DNA from: a virus
DNA length: 64,000 nt
Virus record (IMG/VR): IMGVR_UViG_3300012351_000009
Direction: 5' to 3' (one strand)
In this document: piece by piece, positions 26,030-35,114 of the stretch
Position numbering within the stretch: position 1 is the first letter of the stretch
Layout: each line of letters begins with the position of its first letter
The notes under the pieces: generated by a model
Seen by the model: only the letters and a program-made list of their open reading frames with translations
The model's database searches: none
Told to the model about the DNA's origin: nothing
Translations under genes and position numbers: made by a program

Positions 26030-26433
26030 CAGCTGATCCCGAGGGTCATCGCGCCGATGGCGATCGAGAACGTGTCGCCCAGGTTGACGGTCTTGCTCGC
26101 GCTCAGCGCGCCGAACCACAGCCGGTGCGGGGTGCCGGAGCTATCCCACAGCTCGGCGCCCACGATGGTGCTCGCGGGCATGTTGGTCTGGGTCAGCGTG
26201 TTGGAGTTCGAGGTCGCCCCGGCCGCCGCGGCGGCGAAGGTGACCGGGGTGATGCCGGTGACCGCGACGTAGCTGGCCGAGGTCGGCAGCTCGGTGCCGT
26301 TGACCGTGTTCGTGCCGTTGGCCGTCATCAGCCGGGCGTGCAGGTTGCCGGTCGTGGCCACGGGCGCGCCCGAGCCGTTGGCCAGCGAGTACTGCAGCAG
26401 CGAGGTGGCGTGGGCCAGGTCGATGTTCGCCAT
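26029..26433 (-). CDS. Virion structural protein (tail-fibre N-terminal-like)
   Basis: ARLMTA...TELP...YVAV...ELWDSSGTPHRLWFGALSASKTVNLGDTFSIAIG. Confidence 0.65.
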   Translation of the reverse strand: MANIDLAHATSLLQYSLANGSGAPVATTGNLHARLMTANGTNTVNGTELPTSASYVAVTGITPVTFAAAAAGATSNSNTLTQTNMPASTIVGAELWDSSGTPHRLWFGALSASKTVNLGDTFSIAIGAMTLGIS

Positions 26434-26645
26434 CAGGCGACCGCCCCTCGCGCCTTCAGGGCCTCAAGAGCCTGGACGCAGCTGCCGTCCGGGCAGCCCT
26501 CGTCGAGGCAGCACCGGAAGTGACGGCTCTCGACCCTCAGCCCGTCAGGCGGCGAATGCAGGTCGAGCACGGCGACATGGTGGCGGGGCTGGTCGTCGAC
26601 TATCCCGCAGCCGTCGCAGGCGCTGTCAGCACGCGGCTGGTCCAT
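26433..26645 (-). CDS. Small Cys/His metal-binding protein
   Basis: CDGC, HH, HFRCC, GCPDGSC. Confidence 0.6.
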   Translation of the reverse strand: MDQPRADSACDGCGIVDDQPRHHVAVLDLHSPPDGLRVESRHFRCCLDEGCPDGSCVQALEALKARGAVA

Positions 26646-26710
26646 GGGCGCACCTCCTGCTTCTTCCGAGGCGGGAAGAAGCAGGAGCCATCAGGCCAGG
26701 GCGAGGCGGG

Positions 26711-27658
26711 CTATGCCCCGATCAGCTTGCGCCAGGTGTCCTTGCCGACCACGCCGTCCTGGGCCAGGCCGAAGAAACCCTGCACCGCCTCGACGCCGGC
26801 CTTAGTGGACCAGCCGAAGGTCCCGTCCGTGGCCAGGCTGGCAGCCGGGCCGATGCCGTTGATCTGCCCGATGACCTTGACCAGGGCCTGCACCCGCCTC
26901 ACGTAGAAGACCTGGCCGGGCTTGTCCACAGCCCCCTGGCTGATAGTGGGCAGTGCCATGATTGCCGTCTCCGTCCAGTCCTGCTGCTGGCTGCCGCCGA
27001 ACGCGCTAGCCCGCAGGTTCGCCATGTTGCCGTGATACGCCGAGCAGTCACCCCTGCCGATGCCCGGAATGCTGAACGAGCTGGTGAACTGCCACCACTT
27101 GTGCGGCACGCTGGGCTCAGTCGTCCCGTAAGCTGCCACCCAGTCCACCGGTTGCAATCCGTGATCCCGGGCGAAGAACAGCCCGGAATAGTTGCCGGGA
27201 TCCCAGCCCAGCTCGCTGCTGACGACGTGGGCCCAGGTCTGCCAGCGGGCCTGCTGATTACCCGAGCCCTCTTCGATGTCCGCGTACAGGTCCTCGCCCG
27301 CGCGCATCGTCCCGATCAGGCGGCAGAACTCCCTGGCCTGGGAGGTCACGTCCTCGAACGCGGTGATGTACTGGTACATCCCGATGTACTGGGCGCCGTT
27401 GTCGTGCAGGAACTTACGCCGGTCCCCGCTGAACCATGCCCTGTCGTCGTGAAGGGCCCCGTAGGCGGCCCGGATGATGATGGCCCCAGACCACTTCAGG
27501 TAGCTGGCGTCGATATTCCGCTGGAACTCGCTGGCATCAGCTGCCAGCACCACTCCGGGAATGATCAGCGCAGGATGGCTGGCCTCCATGAAAACCGGCT
27601 TGGTCTCGCCCTCAAGAAGGCCGGCGCGGAACGGGGCACGCCTGATCGGGCTCGTCAT
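26711..27658 (-). CDS. Endolysin: GH25 muramidase plus C-terminal peptidoglycan-binding domain (alternative start 27589)
   Basis: ADASEFQ, YADIEEG (DxE), WWQFTSS...GDCSAYHG; DGTFGWSTKAGVEAVQGFFGLAQDGVVGKDTW. Confidence 0.85.
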   Translation of the reverse strand: MTSPIRRAPFRAGLLEGETKPVFMEASHPALIIPGVVLAADASEFQRNIDASYLKWSGAIIIRAAYGALHDDRAWFSGDRRKFLHDNGAQYIGMYQYITAFEDVTSQAREFCRLIGTMRAGEDLYADIEEGSGNQQARWQTWAHVVSSELGWDPGNYSGLFFARDHGLQPVDWVAAYGTTEPSVPHKWWQFTSSFSIPGIGRGDCSAYHGNMANLRASAFGGSQQQDWTETAIMALPTISQGAVDKPGQVFYVRRVQALVKVIGQINGIGPAASLATDGTFGWSTKAGVEAVQGFFGLAQDGVVGKDTWRKLIGA

Positions 27659-27661
27659 GGC

Positions 27662-28015
27662 TCAGCCCCTCGTCCCCGGCGGGACGAACAGGCCGCCATT
27701 GGAAACCGAGTTCGCCTCAGCCCGCATCTTGCGCAGGCTGGTCAGCAGCTCGCCGATGTTGCTGGCCAGGATGGCGTCGATGGCGTAGGGGTCCTGGACC
27801 ATGCCGGTCACCAGGACGTGATCGCCGATTGCCATCGTCGGAGCGGCCAGGGATACGTTGATCCCCATGCCGACGCCCACGGACCCGTCTTCGGCCTGGA
27901 ACGGGAACGGGGCCGGCGTGACCTCGTAGTCGATCTCGGCCAGCTCGGCCGCGGTGAGCATCCCGCCGAGCAGCTCGATCAGGCGCTCTTCAAACATCAG
28001 GCTCAAACGTCGCAC
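27662..28015 (-). CDS. Hypothetical protein
   Basis: Track ORF; probable start MFEERL. Confidence 0.6.
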   Translation of the reverse strand: MRRLSLMFEERLIELLGGMLTAAELAEIDYEVTPAPFPFQAEDGSVGVGMGINVSLAAPTMAIGDHVLVTGMVQDPYAIDAILASNIGELLTSLRKMRAEANSVSNGGLFVPPGTRG

Positions 28016-28019
28016 GGCG

Positions 28020-28072
28020 GGTTCTCCCCGGGAAGCTAGAGAAAAGTCTCATACCTTCCCGGGGGAGAATCC
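28020..28072. terminator. GC-rich hairpin at the 3' end of array 2
   Basis: GGTTCTCCCCGGGAAG ... CTTCCCGGGGGAGAATCC. Confidence 0.5.
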
Positions 28073-28084
28073 TCGTACCTGCCC

Positions 28085-28396
28085 CGCCGAGCTTCACCCA
28101 GACGAGACGAGCCTTGCCTCGACTGCCTCGCCGAGCCCTGCGTGGCCTATCCGGGCCTACCCAAGCCGCGCCTTAACCGCCGCGCTGCGCCTCGCCACGG
28201 GGCACCAGGCCATGCCTAGGCTGCCATGCCGGTGCGAGCGTTGCCGGGCCGAGCTTTGCACTGCCCAGGCTGCCTCGCGATCCACGCATAGCCGTGCCTG
28301 GCCACGCAATGCCTCACCTGGACTGCGCTGCCGCACCGGGCCGTACCGGGACGGGCCGTCCTAGCTGTGATAGGCCACACCCAGCCTCGACTGCCT
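28085..28396 (-). ncRNA. Array 2: NN-GGC pentamer units (minus strand)
   Basis: Reverse complement of 28121-28174 = AAGGC GCGGC TTGGG TAGGC CCGGA TAGGC CACGC AGGGC TCGGC GAGGC AGTC. Confidence 0.7.
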
Positions 28397-28420
28397 GGTT
28401 ATTCCTAAGGTACCTTATCA
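28397..28420 (-). promoter_or_regulatory. Extended -10 TGATAAGGT plus CCTTAGGAATAACC, upstream of array 2
   Basis: The same 14-mer follows the -10 at 57739-57761. Confidence 0.6.
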
Positions 28421-28782
28421 GGAGGCATCTTGATCTGCTCCTCCAGGAAGCTCCTGGTGTGATCCATGATGTCGATCCGCAGGTCAGCTTCGCCCTCGGA
28501 CGGGCTGCCGTACAGCATCTGCCGGATGATCTTGTCGCGCCGGGACTGGGGTATCTCGTTGTCTTCCAGGATCACGTCGAGACGGTGAAGGGTCTCCCGC
28601 AGGGCGTTCCACAGGTAGTTGTACGCAGCATCCTTGACCTCGGCCCTCGGCTGGCCGGTGCGCCGGCAGAAGTCCTCGATCAGGACATCGACGCGGCGCC
28701 CGCCCGCCGGGTCCGGGTCATGGTCCTTCGAGCAGCACGTATCGAGCGGCCCCTGGCAATGGCACCCCGCCGGATGGCTCAT
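28405..28782 (-). CDS. Hypothetical protein (MSHPAGCHC...)
   Basis: ATAG/ATG overlap with the SNF2 gene end; helical C-terminus. Confidence 0.6.
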   Translation of the reverse strand: MSHPAGCHCQGPLDTCCSKDHDPDPAGGRRVDVLIEDFCRRTGQPRAEVKDAAYNYLWNALRETLHRLDVILEDNEIPQSRRDKIIRQMLYGSPSEGEADLRIDIMDHTRSFLEEQIKMPPDKVP

Positions 28783-30332
28783 AGCAATCTCCGTTTCCTG
28801 GCCACCGCGAACAGCATGCGCCGGTCGCCTGCCGTCACGTAGCCGTCGGTGTACGCCTCGTCGCTGTCGTCGCCGAGCAGGATGTCCTGCTGCTCGTTGC
28901 GCTCCAGTGCCCTTTTCAGGAGCCGGACCTCGATCGTTCCCTCCAGGCACAGCGTGACACACGACAGCGGCACGCCCCCGTGACCGATCCGGTGAGCGCG
29001 ATCGAAGCGCTGCTGCCGTGTGGCGCTGGTCACCGCGGACTCGTACTCGATGACAGTGCTGGCCTCGGGGAGGTTGACACCGCGAGCGCCAGCGTCTGAG
29101 GACAGTAGCACGGCGCCGCCGGAGCAGGTGCGGAAAAGCATCCGCTCGTCATGCTGCTCGCGGGCTGTCATCTGGCCGTGTGTCACGAAGACAGGAAGCC
29201 CCTCGCGATGCAGCAGGCTGCTCAGCTCCGGCAGCACGGACTGGCCGAAGAACGTGAACACCGCCAGCTTGGCGTCCTCGTCGACAACCTGCCGGGCCAT
29301 CTGGGTCAGCAGGTCCGTCTTGACCGAGGAGCAGGACCGCAGCTCGTCGCCGATCGTCCCGGCCAGCATCGAGGCCAGCCTGGATCCCCCGGCCTTAGCC
29401 GCGCGCAGCACCGCGGCCGGGTGGCCGGCCAGCTGGCGCAGCAGCACCGCCAGCCCCGGCACCTGCCGGAACTCGCCCTCGTCGTCCCAGGCCAGGTCCT
29501 CGACGACCTTGTAGAGCCGGGCCTGGTCGGCCCGCATCTCGATGCGCTCGAAGCGCTCGGTCTTGACCGGGAACTGGGCGACGACATCGCGGTCAGTCTT
29601 GCGCTTGCGCAGCAGCCGGGGCGCGCACAGCCCGGCGAACGCGTGCATCCGGTCCTTGCGGAACTTCAGCCGGCCGTAGTCGTCCCGGCCGTAGGCGTAG
29701 TAGCCCTCGAACTCCTTGACGGTCGGCATCAGGCCCGGCGCCAGGATCCGGAACACGTTGAAGGCGTTCTCCCAGTCGCGCTCGATCGGCGTGCCGGTCA
29801 GCGCGCAGACGATCAGCTTCGGGTCCAGCTTGCGCAGCTGCCGCAGCATGTGCGCGTGGGCCTTGTACAGCGCCGAGGACCGGTTGCCGAGCTTGGCGCT
29901 GGCCTCGTCGTAGATGATCACCGGGCGCCGGCACGTCAGCCAGGCCAGCAGCGGCCCGTCAGATGCCTTGCGCGAGCCCTTCTTCTCGAAGATGGCCAGG
30001 TCCTGGCGGGCGGTCTCGTACGTCGTGATGACGACCTGGGCGCCCCGGGCCAGCCGCTTGGCCCGGTCGGGGCCGTAGTAGACCACGACCGGGCCGAACG
30101 CGGTGCTGACGGCCAGCTCATCGCGCCAGTCGTACAGCTTGCCCTTCTCGCAGCAGATCAGCACGACGTCGGCGCTGGCGTCCATCAGGGCGTAGGCGGA
30201 CAGGCCCATGCCGACGTGGGTCTTGCCGAGGCCCATGTCCGCGACCACCATGGCCTGCCTCAGCAGGTACGAGCGGGCCATCAGCTCGACCTGGAACGGG
30301 ATGTGCCAGGACGGGTGGTAAAGAGCGGTCAC
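28779..30332 (-). CDS. SNF2-family SF2 helicase/ATPase
   Basis: DMGLGKT, TTYE, IYDEAS, LTGTP, GVNLPEA, QRFDRAHRIG. Confidence 0.9.
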   Translation of the reverse strand: MTALYHPSWHIPFQVELMARSYLLRQAMVVADMGLGKTHVGMGLSAYALMDASADVVLICCEKGKLYDWRDELAVSTAFGPVVVYYGPDRAKRLARGAQVVITTYETARQDLAIFEKKGSRKASDGPLLAWLTCRRPVIIYDEASAKLGNRSSALYKAHAHMLRQLRKLDPKLIVCALTGTPIERDWENAFNVFRILAPGLMPTVKEFEGYYAYGRDDYGRLKFRKDRMHAFAGLCAPRLLRKRKTDRDVVAQFPVKTERFERIEMRADQARLYKVVEDLAWDDEGEFRQVPGLAVLLRQLAGHPAAVLRAAKAGGSRLASMLAGTIGDELRSCSSVKTDLLTQMARQVVDEDAKLAVFTFFGQSVLPELSSLLHREGLPVFVTHGQMTAREQHDERMLFRTCSGGAVLLSSDAGARGVNLPEASTVIEYESAVTSATRQQRFDRAHRIGHGGVPLSCVTLCLEGTIEVRLLKRALERNEQQDILLGDDSDEAYTDGYVTAGDRRMLFAVARKRRLL

Positions 30333-30679
30333 GCCGCCTGCTCAGCCGCCTCGATGCCTATGTCGAAGCTGATCCGCACCGGGCCGCCGGTCGGCGGGCT
30401 GACCGGCCAGGAGACCAGCATGTCGCCGCGGCACCAGATGTCGACGGTCCTGACGTCGGGGCACGTCACGGGCATGTAGCCGGTCAGGACGATGCGGTCA
30501 CCGCACACGTGCCGGTCCAGCGTCATCGGGTACGACAGCTCGGTGAAATACACCGCTCCGGGCTGGCCGGCGGCATGGACGATCGCACCCCACGGACCTG
30601 GGTCGTGGGCCATGCGCTCGTACAGCCGCGCTCGCGCGGCCATCACGCTGATGGCCCTCTCCAGGAGTGCCCCGGGCAT
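30329..30679 (-). CDS. Hypothetical protein
   Basis: Track ORF. Confidence 0.6.
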   Translation of the reverse strand: MPGALLERAISVMAARARLYERMAHDPGPWGAIVHAAGQPGAVYFTELSYPMTLDRHVCGDRIVLTGYMPVTCPDVRTVDIWCRGDMLVSWPVSPPTGGPVRISFDIGIEAAEQAA

Positions 30680-30765
30680 CGTGCCCTCCCCTCGATCGGG
30701 TTGCTATTCTCTATAAACCTTACTATACTGGGGAACGAAGAACAATCCTAGTAGGAGGATCTCCA

Positions 30766-32814
30766 GTGACCGCCACCGTAAGCCCCGCAGCAGCACCCCG
30801 CACCTTCGCCGACGCCGAGAGCGTCCTGGCCGCATCCCTTCCCGGCTACACCCCGCGCCCCCACCAGCAGGCTCTCGCCGCGGCGATCGAGCAGTCAGTG
30901 GAGCGCGAGGGCATCCTGCTCGCCGAGGCGGGCACCGGCACCGGCAAGTCGCTGGCCGCCCTGGTCGCCGCCATCTTGTCGGGCAAGCGCACCGTCGTGG
31001 CCACCGCCACCAAGGCGCTGCAGAACCAGTACACCGACAAGGACCTGCCGTTCCTGCAGGAACACCTCGGGGTGCCCTTCACCTACGCGCTGCTGAAGGG
31101 CCGCAGCAACTACCCGTGCGCGCAGAAGATCTCCGACCTGGAGCGCCCCACGGCCAGCCAGGCGCAGGTCATCGCCCGGGTCAGGGAGCTGGAAGACGAC
31201 CCGATGGCCATCGTGGACCGCGACGACCTGCCCACGACCGCCGACCGCGAGTGGCAGCAGCTGTCGATGAGCAGCGACGAGTGCCCCGGCGCCAAGGCGT
31301 GCCCGTTCGCCGAGGCCGGCAAGTGCCACTCGTTCCGCGCCAAGGACCGGGCCGCCCGTGCCGACGTCGTGGTCACCAACACCGCCTACCTGGCCGTGGA
31401 CCTGAAGATCCGCCAGCAGACCCTCGGCACGGTCGACCTGCTCGGGGAGTTCGGCCAGCTGATCGTGGACGAGGCCCACAACCTCGATGGCGCCATCACC
31501 AGCGCGCTGTCCGACCGGTTCGCGCTCGGCACCTTCATGCGGCTGTACGGCGATTCCACCAGCTTCCTGCGCGAGGTCCAGGTGCTCAGCCCCCGCGAGT
31601 CCGACCTCGGCTTCGCCGCCCAGACGCTGTGGGACGCGCTGACCGGCACGTACAAGCTCTGGCAGGCCCGGCGCCGCGAGCTGCGCGAGGACGCCGAGAT
31701 CATGCCGGTCACCGAGGTGATGCGCCTGGTCGACTTCGGCGAGGAGCTGCGCTCGGTCGCCGGGGCCGTCCGGGACCTGTGGGAGATCGTGCACTACGTC
31801 AAGCTCGAAGGCGGCCGGGTCGACAAGAACGTCCGCAAGCTGGAGTCCCGGCAGGCGCGCCTGGACCGGCGCCTAACCTCCATGCTCGCCCGGCTGCAGG
31901 CCTTCGCCACCGACGAGGACACCGTGACCATCCGGTGGGTCGAGACCGAGAACGACACGATCTTCGTCCGCGCCGTCCCGGTCAGCCCGGCCCCGTTCCT
32001 GCGCGAGATGGTGTGGGGCCAGATCCCCGCCGTGCTCATGTCCGCCACGCTGGCGCCCGGCAAGACCGCCTTCGGCGATGCCGACTTCAAGTACACCCTG
32101 CGGACGCTGGGCCTGAAGGACCAGGGCGCGGCCACCTTCGAGGCGGGCACCCCGTTCGACTACGCCACGCAGGCCCTGCTGTATGTGCCCGAGGCGAGCG
32201 TGCCGCTGCCCCAGGGCAAGACCCTCGGCGCCTGGCGGATGTACACCCAGCAGGTCACCGAGCACCTGGTCCGCGCCTCCGGCGGCGGCGCGCTGCTGCT
32301 GTTCACCAGCCGCAGCGCGATGAACGAGGCCTGGAAGGCGATGGCCGGCAACCTGGAGCTGGACGGCTTCGAGTGCCTGAAGCAGGGCGATGAGCCGACC
32401 CCGGTGCTGATCCGGAAGTTCAAGGCCGACGGCAACGCGGTCCTGTTCGCGCTGCGCACCTTCTTCGAGGGCGTCGACATCCCCGGTGACGCGCTGCGGC
32501 TGGTCGTGCTCGACAAGCTGCCGTTCCCGGTGCCGACCGACCTGATGTTCAAGGCCCGGTGCGACGCGATCAACAAGGCGGCCGGGCGCGACGTCAGCTT
32601 CCGTGAGCTGTCCATGCCGGTGATGACCCTGCCGTTGATCCAGGCGGCCGGCCGGCTGCTCCGGACCAAGGACGACCGCGGCGTGATCGCGATCCTGGAT
32701 CCGCGGCTGACCAGCAAGGGCTACGGCGCCCAGATCTTGCAGTCGCTGCCCCCGGCCAGGATCACCACCGACCCGCGCGAGGCCGCAGCCTTCATGGCCG
32801 CGGGCCGGTCATGA
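30766..32814 (+). CDS. dinG: DinG/YoaA-family helicase with Fe-S cluster cysteines
   Basis: EAGTGTGKS, ATKALQNQ, LKGRSNYPC, CPGAKACPF...KCH, DEAH, MSATL, LLFTS, FFEGVDIPG, QAAGRLLRT; GTG at 30766 after AGGAGG. Confidence 0.92.
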   Translation: MTATVSPAAAPRTFADAESVLAASLPGYTPRPHQQALAAAIEQSVEREGILLAEAGTGTGKSLAALVAAILSGKRTVVATATKALQNQYTDKDLPFLQEHLGVPFTYALLKGRSNYPCAQKISDLERPTASQAQVIARVRELEDDPMAIVDRDDLPTTADREWQQLSMSSDECPGAKACPFAEAGKCHSFRAKDRAARADVVVTNTAYLAVDLKIRQQTLGTVDLLGEFGQLIVDEAHNLDGAITSALSDRFALGTFMRLYGDSTSFLREVQVLSPRESDLGFAAQTLWDALTGTYKLWQARRRELREDAEIMPVTEVMRLVDFGEELRSVAGAVRDLWEIVHYVKLEGGRVDKNVRKLESRQARLDRRLTSMLARLQAFATDEDTVTIRWVETENDTIFVRAVPVSPAPFLREMVWGQIPAVLMSATLAPGKTAFGDADFKYTLRTLGLKDQGAATFEAGTPFDYATQALLYVPEASVPLPQGKTLGAWRMYTQQVTEHLVRASGGGALLLFTSRSAMNEAWKAMAGNLELDGFECLKQGDEPTPVLIRKFKADGNAVLFALRTFFEGVDIPGDALRLVVLDKLPFPVPTDLMFKARCDAINKAAGRDVSFRELSMPVMTLPLIQAAGRLLRTKDDRGVIAILDPRLTSKGYGAQILQSLPPARITTDPREAAAFMAAGRS

Positions 32815-33284
32815 GCCAGCGCAACAGCCGGGCCGCGAAAGCGGCCCGGCGGGCGGCCCCCAAGCTGAAGGCCCGCTACCCGCTGATGCCGCCCGGGACC
32901 TGCTACGGGTCCTCGACCATCCTGGCCCACTGCTACCCCGGGCTGCGGTACGCCGAGGGCATCCGGGTCATGACCGCCTGGCTGCCCGGCGGCAGGAAGC
33001 ATGTCATCCGCCTGGAGCACGCCTGGAACGTGGACACCGGCACGGGCGAGATCTGGGACTCCACCATGGCCCCCGAAGCGCACGTGCTGGCCATGATGAG
33101 CCAGGTCCGGCTGCGATACGACGAGGGCGCCAGCACGCAAACGCCAGATAGTTACCGGGGATGGTGCGAGGTCGCCGCCGAGGCGACCCAGGGAATGACC
33201 TGGGATGCCAAGCGCCGGTACATCGAAGCCGTCGGCCTCGCCCTGAAGGCCGTGCCGGCGGAAGACTGCGAGAAAGCGTCATGA
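32811..33284 (+). CDS. Hypothetical protein
   Basis: ATGA overlap; YAEG...HAWNVD motif. Confidence 0.65.
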   Translation: MSQRNSRAAKAARRAAPKLKARYPLMPPGTCYGSSTILAHCYPGLRYAEGIRVMTAWLPGGRKHVIRLEHAWNVDTGTGEIWDSTMAPEAHVLAMMSQVRLRYDEGASTQTPDSYRGWCEVAAEATQGMTWDAKRRYIEAVGLALKAVPAEDCEKAS

Positions 33285-33760
33285 GCGATTACATCCTGCA
33301 TGTCATGTCCTATAGCGGCCTTGTCCCCGGAGCCAGCCACTACCGCGGCCGGGTCGAGGGCGAGCACCCCCGGTCGTGCCACGGCGGATCGCACTACAAC
33401 GCCCCGGAGAGCCGCGGCAAGACCACCTGCGAGCAGGGCCACGAGCTGCCCGAGCAGGTGGAGTGGCGGGTCGAGGCCGCCTGGACTGAAGGTCAGTACG
33501 AGCGCTGGGCGGCGGCAGGATTCGAGGGCCCCGGGTACGAGCAGTTCAAGACCGAGCGGGAAGTCATCGACACCGCTGTCAAGCGGTTCCTGGGCCAGCT
33601 GCCCTGCCAGTGGTGGGAGAACCCGGCTACGACCCCGGGCGACCCGGGAGACAAGCTCTGGGCTGGCTGGGTGTCACGCCCGCAAGACCAGGACCTCGTT
33701 GAGGAGAACTGGGGCACCGTGCTCGCCGAGGTGCCCGCCCGGGTCGAGGCCCCGGCCTGA
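33281..33760 (+). CDS. Hypothetical protein (MSDYILHV...)
   Basis: ATGA overlap with the previous gene. Confidence 0.6.
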   Translation: MSDYILHVMSYSGLVPGASHYRGRVEGEHPRSCHGGSHYNAPESRGKTTCEQGHELPEQVEWRVEAAWTEGQYERWAAAGFEGPGYEQFKTEREVIDTAVKRFLGQLPCQWWENPATTPGDPGDKLWAGWVSRPQDQDLVEENWGTVLAEVPARVEAPA

Positions 33761-34194
33761 TGGCCTGGCACCCGACGCTGGACGACATGGAGCGCAGGCC
33801 GGACGGGCCGTACGGCCACGGCCCGCCGCGGAGCCGCGACAACCGCGTGCCCGAGACGCGCGGGACGTTCACCGCACTGGGCCAGCGCCAGTTCTGCTGG
33901 TGCGGCCAGAAGCGACCGCACGACTGGAAGGGCAAGGATGACGGAGCACCCCACCCCCGAGCCGTTCCGGCTGCGGACCAACTGGGACCAGACCCCGGAG
34001 ATGAACGAGGCCTGGACGGCTTACGACGCGATCGCGCGAGCGCTGCCGCAGTGCGAGCACAACGTGGCGTGGGAGAAGGAGAGGCTCGCGGCCAGGGCGG
34101 TCTACCTCAAGACCATGCGGGCACGCGACAAGCTCTGGAATCAGCAGGTCAAGGACGACAAGGCCAAGGCCGAAGCCGAGGAGAAGCCCGGTGA
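33760..34194 (+). CDS. Hypothetical protein; N-terminal part with CWC...HDW
   Basis: TGATG coupling; C-terminal part overlaps the next ORF. Confidence 0.4.
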   Translation: MAWHPTLDDMERRPDGPYGHGPPRSRDNRVPETRGTFTALGQRQFCWCGQKRPHDWKGKDDGAPHPRAVPAADQLGPDPGDERGLDGLRRDRASAAAVRAQRGVGEGEARGQGGLPQDHAGTRQALESAGQGRQGQGRSRGEAR

Positions 34195-34300
34195 GCAAGA
34201 AGAAGACCCGGCGGCACAGCCGCCGGCCCCGCCCCGGCGAGCACGCCAAGCGCGCCGCCCGGCGGGCATCCCGGGCGGCGAGCATCCCGATCCGGGATGA
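33938..34300 (+). CDS. Coiled-coil hypothetical protein
   Basis: Track ORF with AAGGA RBS. Confidence 0.55.
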   Translation: MTEHPTPEPFRLRTNWDQTPEMNEAWTAYDAIARALPQCEHNVAWEKERLAARAVYLKTMRARDKLWNQQVKDDKAKAEAEEKPGEQEEDPAAQPPAPPRRARQARRPAGIPGGEHPDPG

Positions 34301-34345
34301 CGGCGCCGGCGCCCGGGATATCAGCGACCCGCAGCGTCACCACCG

Positions 34346-34678
34346 ATGATCAGGCGCGAGGCCGTGTGCCCCGGCTGCCCGTTCAGCTCCCGGCGCACCG
34401 GGCCGCCGGTCCCGGCTGAGGTCATGGCCACCGTGATGCAGCGGATCCGCAGCGGCGAGGAGTGGATCTGCCACCAGACCTGCGACGGGCCGCGGGTCAC
34501 CCCGGACAGCCAGCTGTGCGCAGGCGCCCCTCAGATCACCCACCAGGCGCTGCCGTCGCAGAAGACCCGGGTGCGGCCGAGCGGGCCCAGCGGGAGCGAC
34601 GCCAGGCCATCGACGAACTGGCCTGCTACCGGGACCACGGCCACCGTGTTGCCTGAGGAGTCCGTGCGCTTGACGTGA
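34346..34678 (+). CDS. Cys/His metal-binding protein (CxxCPF...ICHQT...LCAG; DUF6283-like)
   Basis: CPGCPF, WICHQT, QLCAG. Confidence 0.55.
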   Translation: MIRREAVCPGCPFSSRRTGPPVPAEVMATVMQRIRSGEEWICHQTCDGPRVTPDSQLCAGAPQITHQALPSQKTRVRPSGPSGSDARPSTNWPATGTTATVLPEESVRLT

Positions 34679-35106
34679 TACTGCAGGCCGGCATTCGCAA
34701 GTGCGGTCGGCAATTGCAGGGCAACGTTCCCCGACGTGGCGCTGGCCAGGATGAGCTGGTCGGACAGGGACAGCGCGTAGCTGGCGACGCCGCTGACCAT
34801 GGTCGGCACGAGCCAGCCGGTGATCACGTCGAGGTCGGTGAAGAACACCTGGGCCTGGCCTGGCACCTGGACGCCGACGTCCACCCGCTGCGGGTACGGC
34901 AGCCAGAAGTCCGCGGCGCCGGTCTGGCTGATGAACGGGTTGGTCATCGGGGCGGCCGAGAAGCCATCGGGGTAGACCGGCTGGGTGATCAGCGTGCCCG
35001 GCTGGGTGCCGCCGGACGTCGTGCCGGCCGCGAAGACGCTGATCGTGGCGCCCAGCTGGAGCGCGCCAGCGGGCGACTGGACCGGCGCGTGGTAGTGCGC
35101 TCTCAT
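34531..35106 (-). CDS. Tail-associated structural protein
   Basis: LPTALANAGLQYHVKRTDSSGNTVAVVP...VFCDGSAWWVI tail-fibre-type C-terminus. Confidence 0.65.
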   Translation of the reverse strand: MRAHYHAPVQSPAGALQLGATISVFAAGTTSGGTQPGTLITQPVYPDGFSAAPMTNPFISQTGAADFWLPYPQRVDVGVQVPGQAQVFFTDLDVITGWLVPTMVSGVASYALSLSDQLILASATSGNVALQLPTALANAGLQYHVKRTDSSGNTVAVVPVAGQFVDGLASLPLGPLGRTRVFCDGSAWWVI

Positions 35107-35114
35107 CCGTGCTC

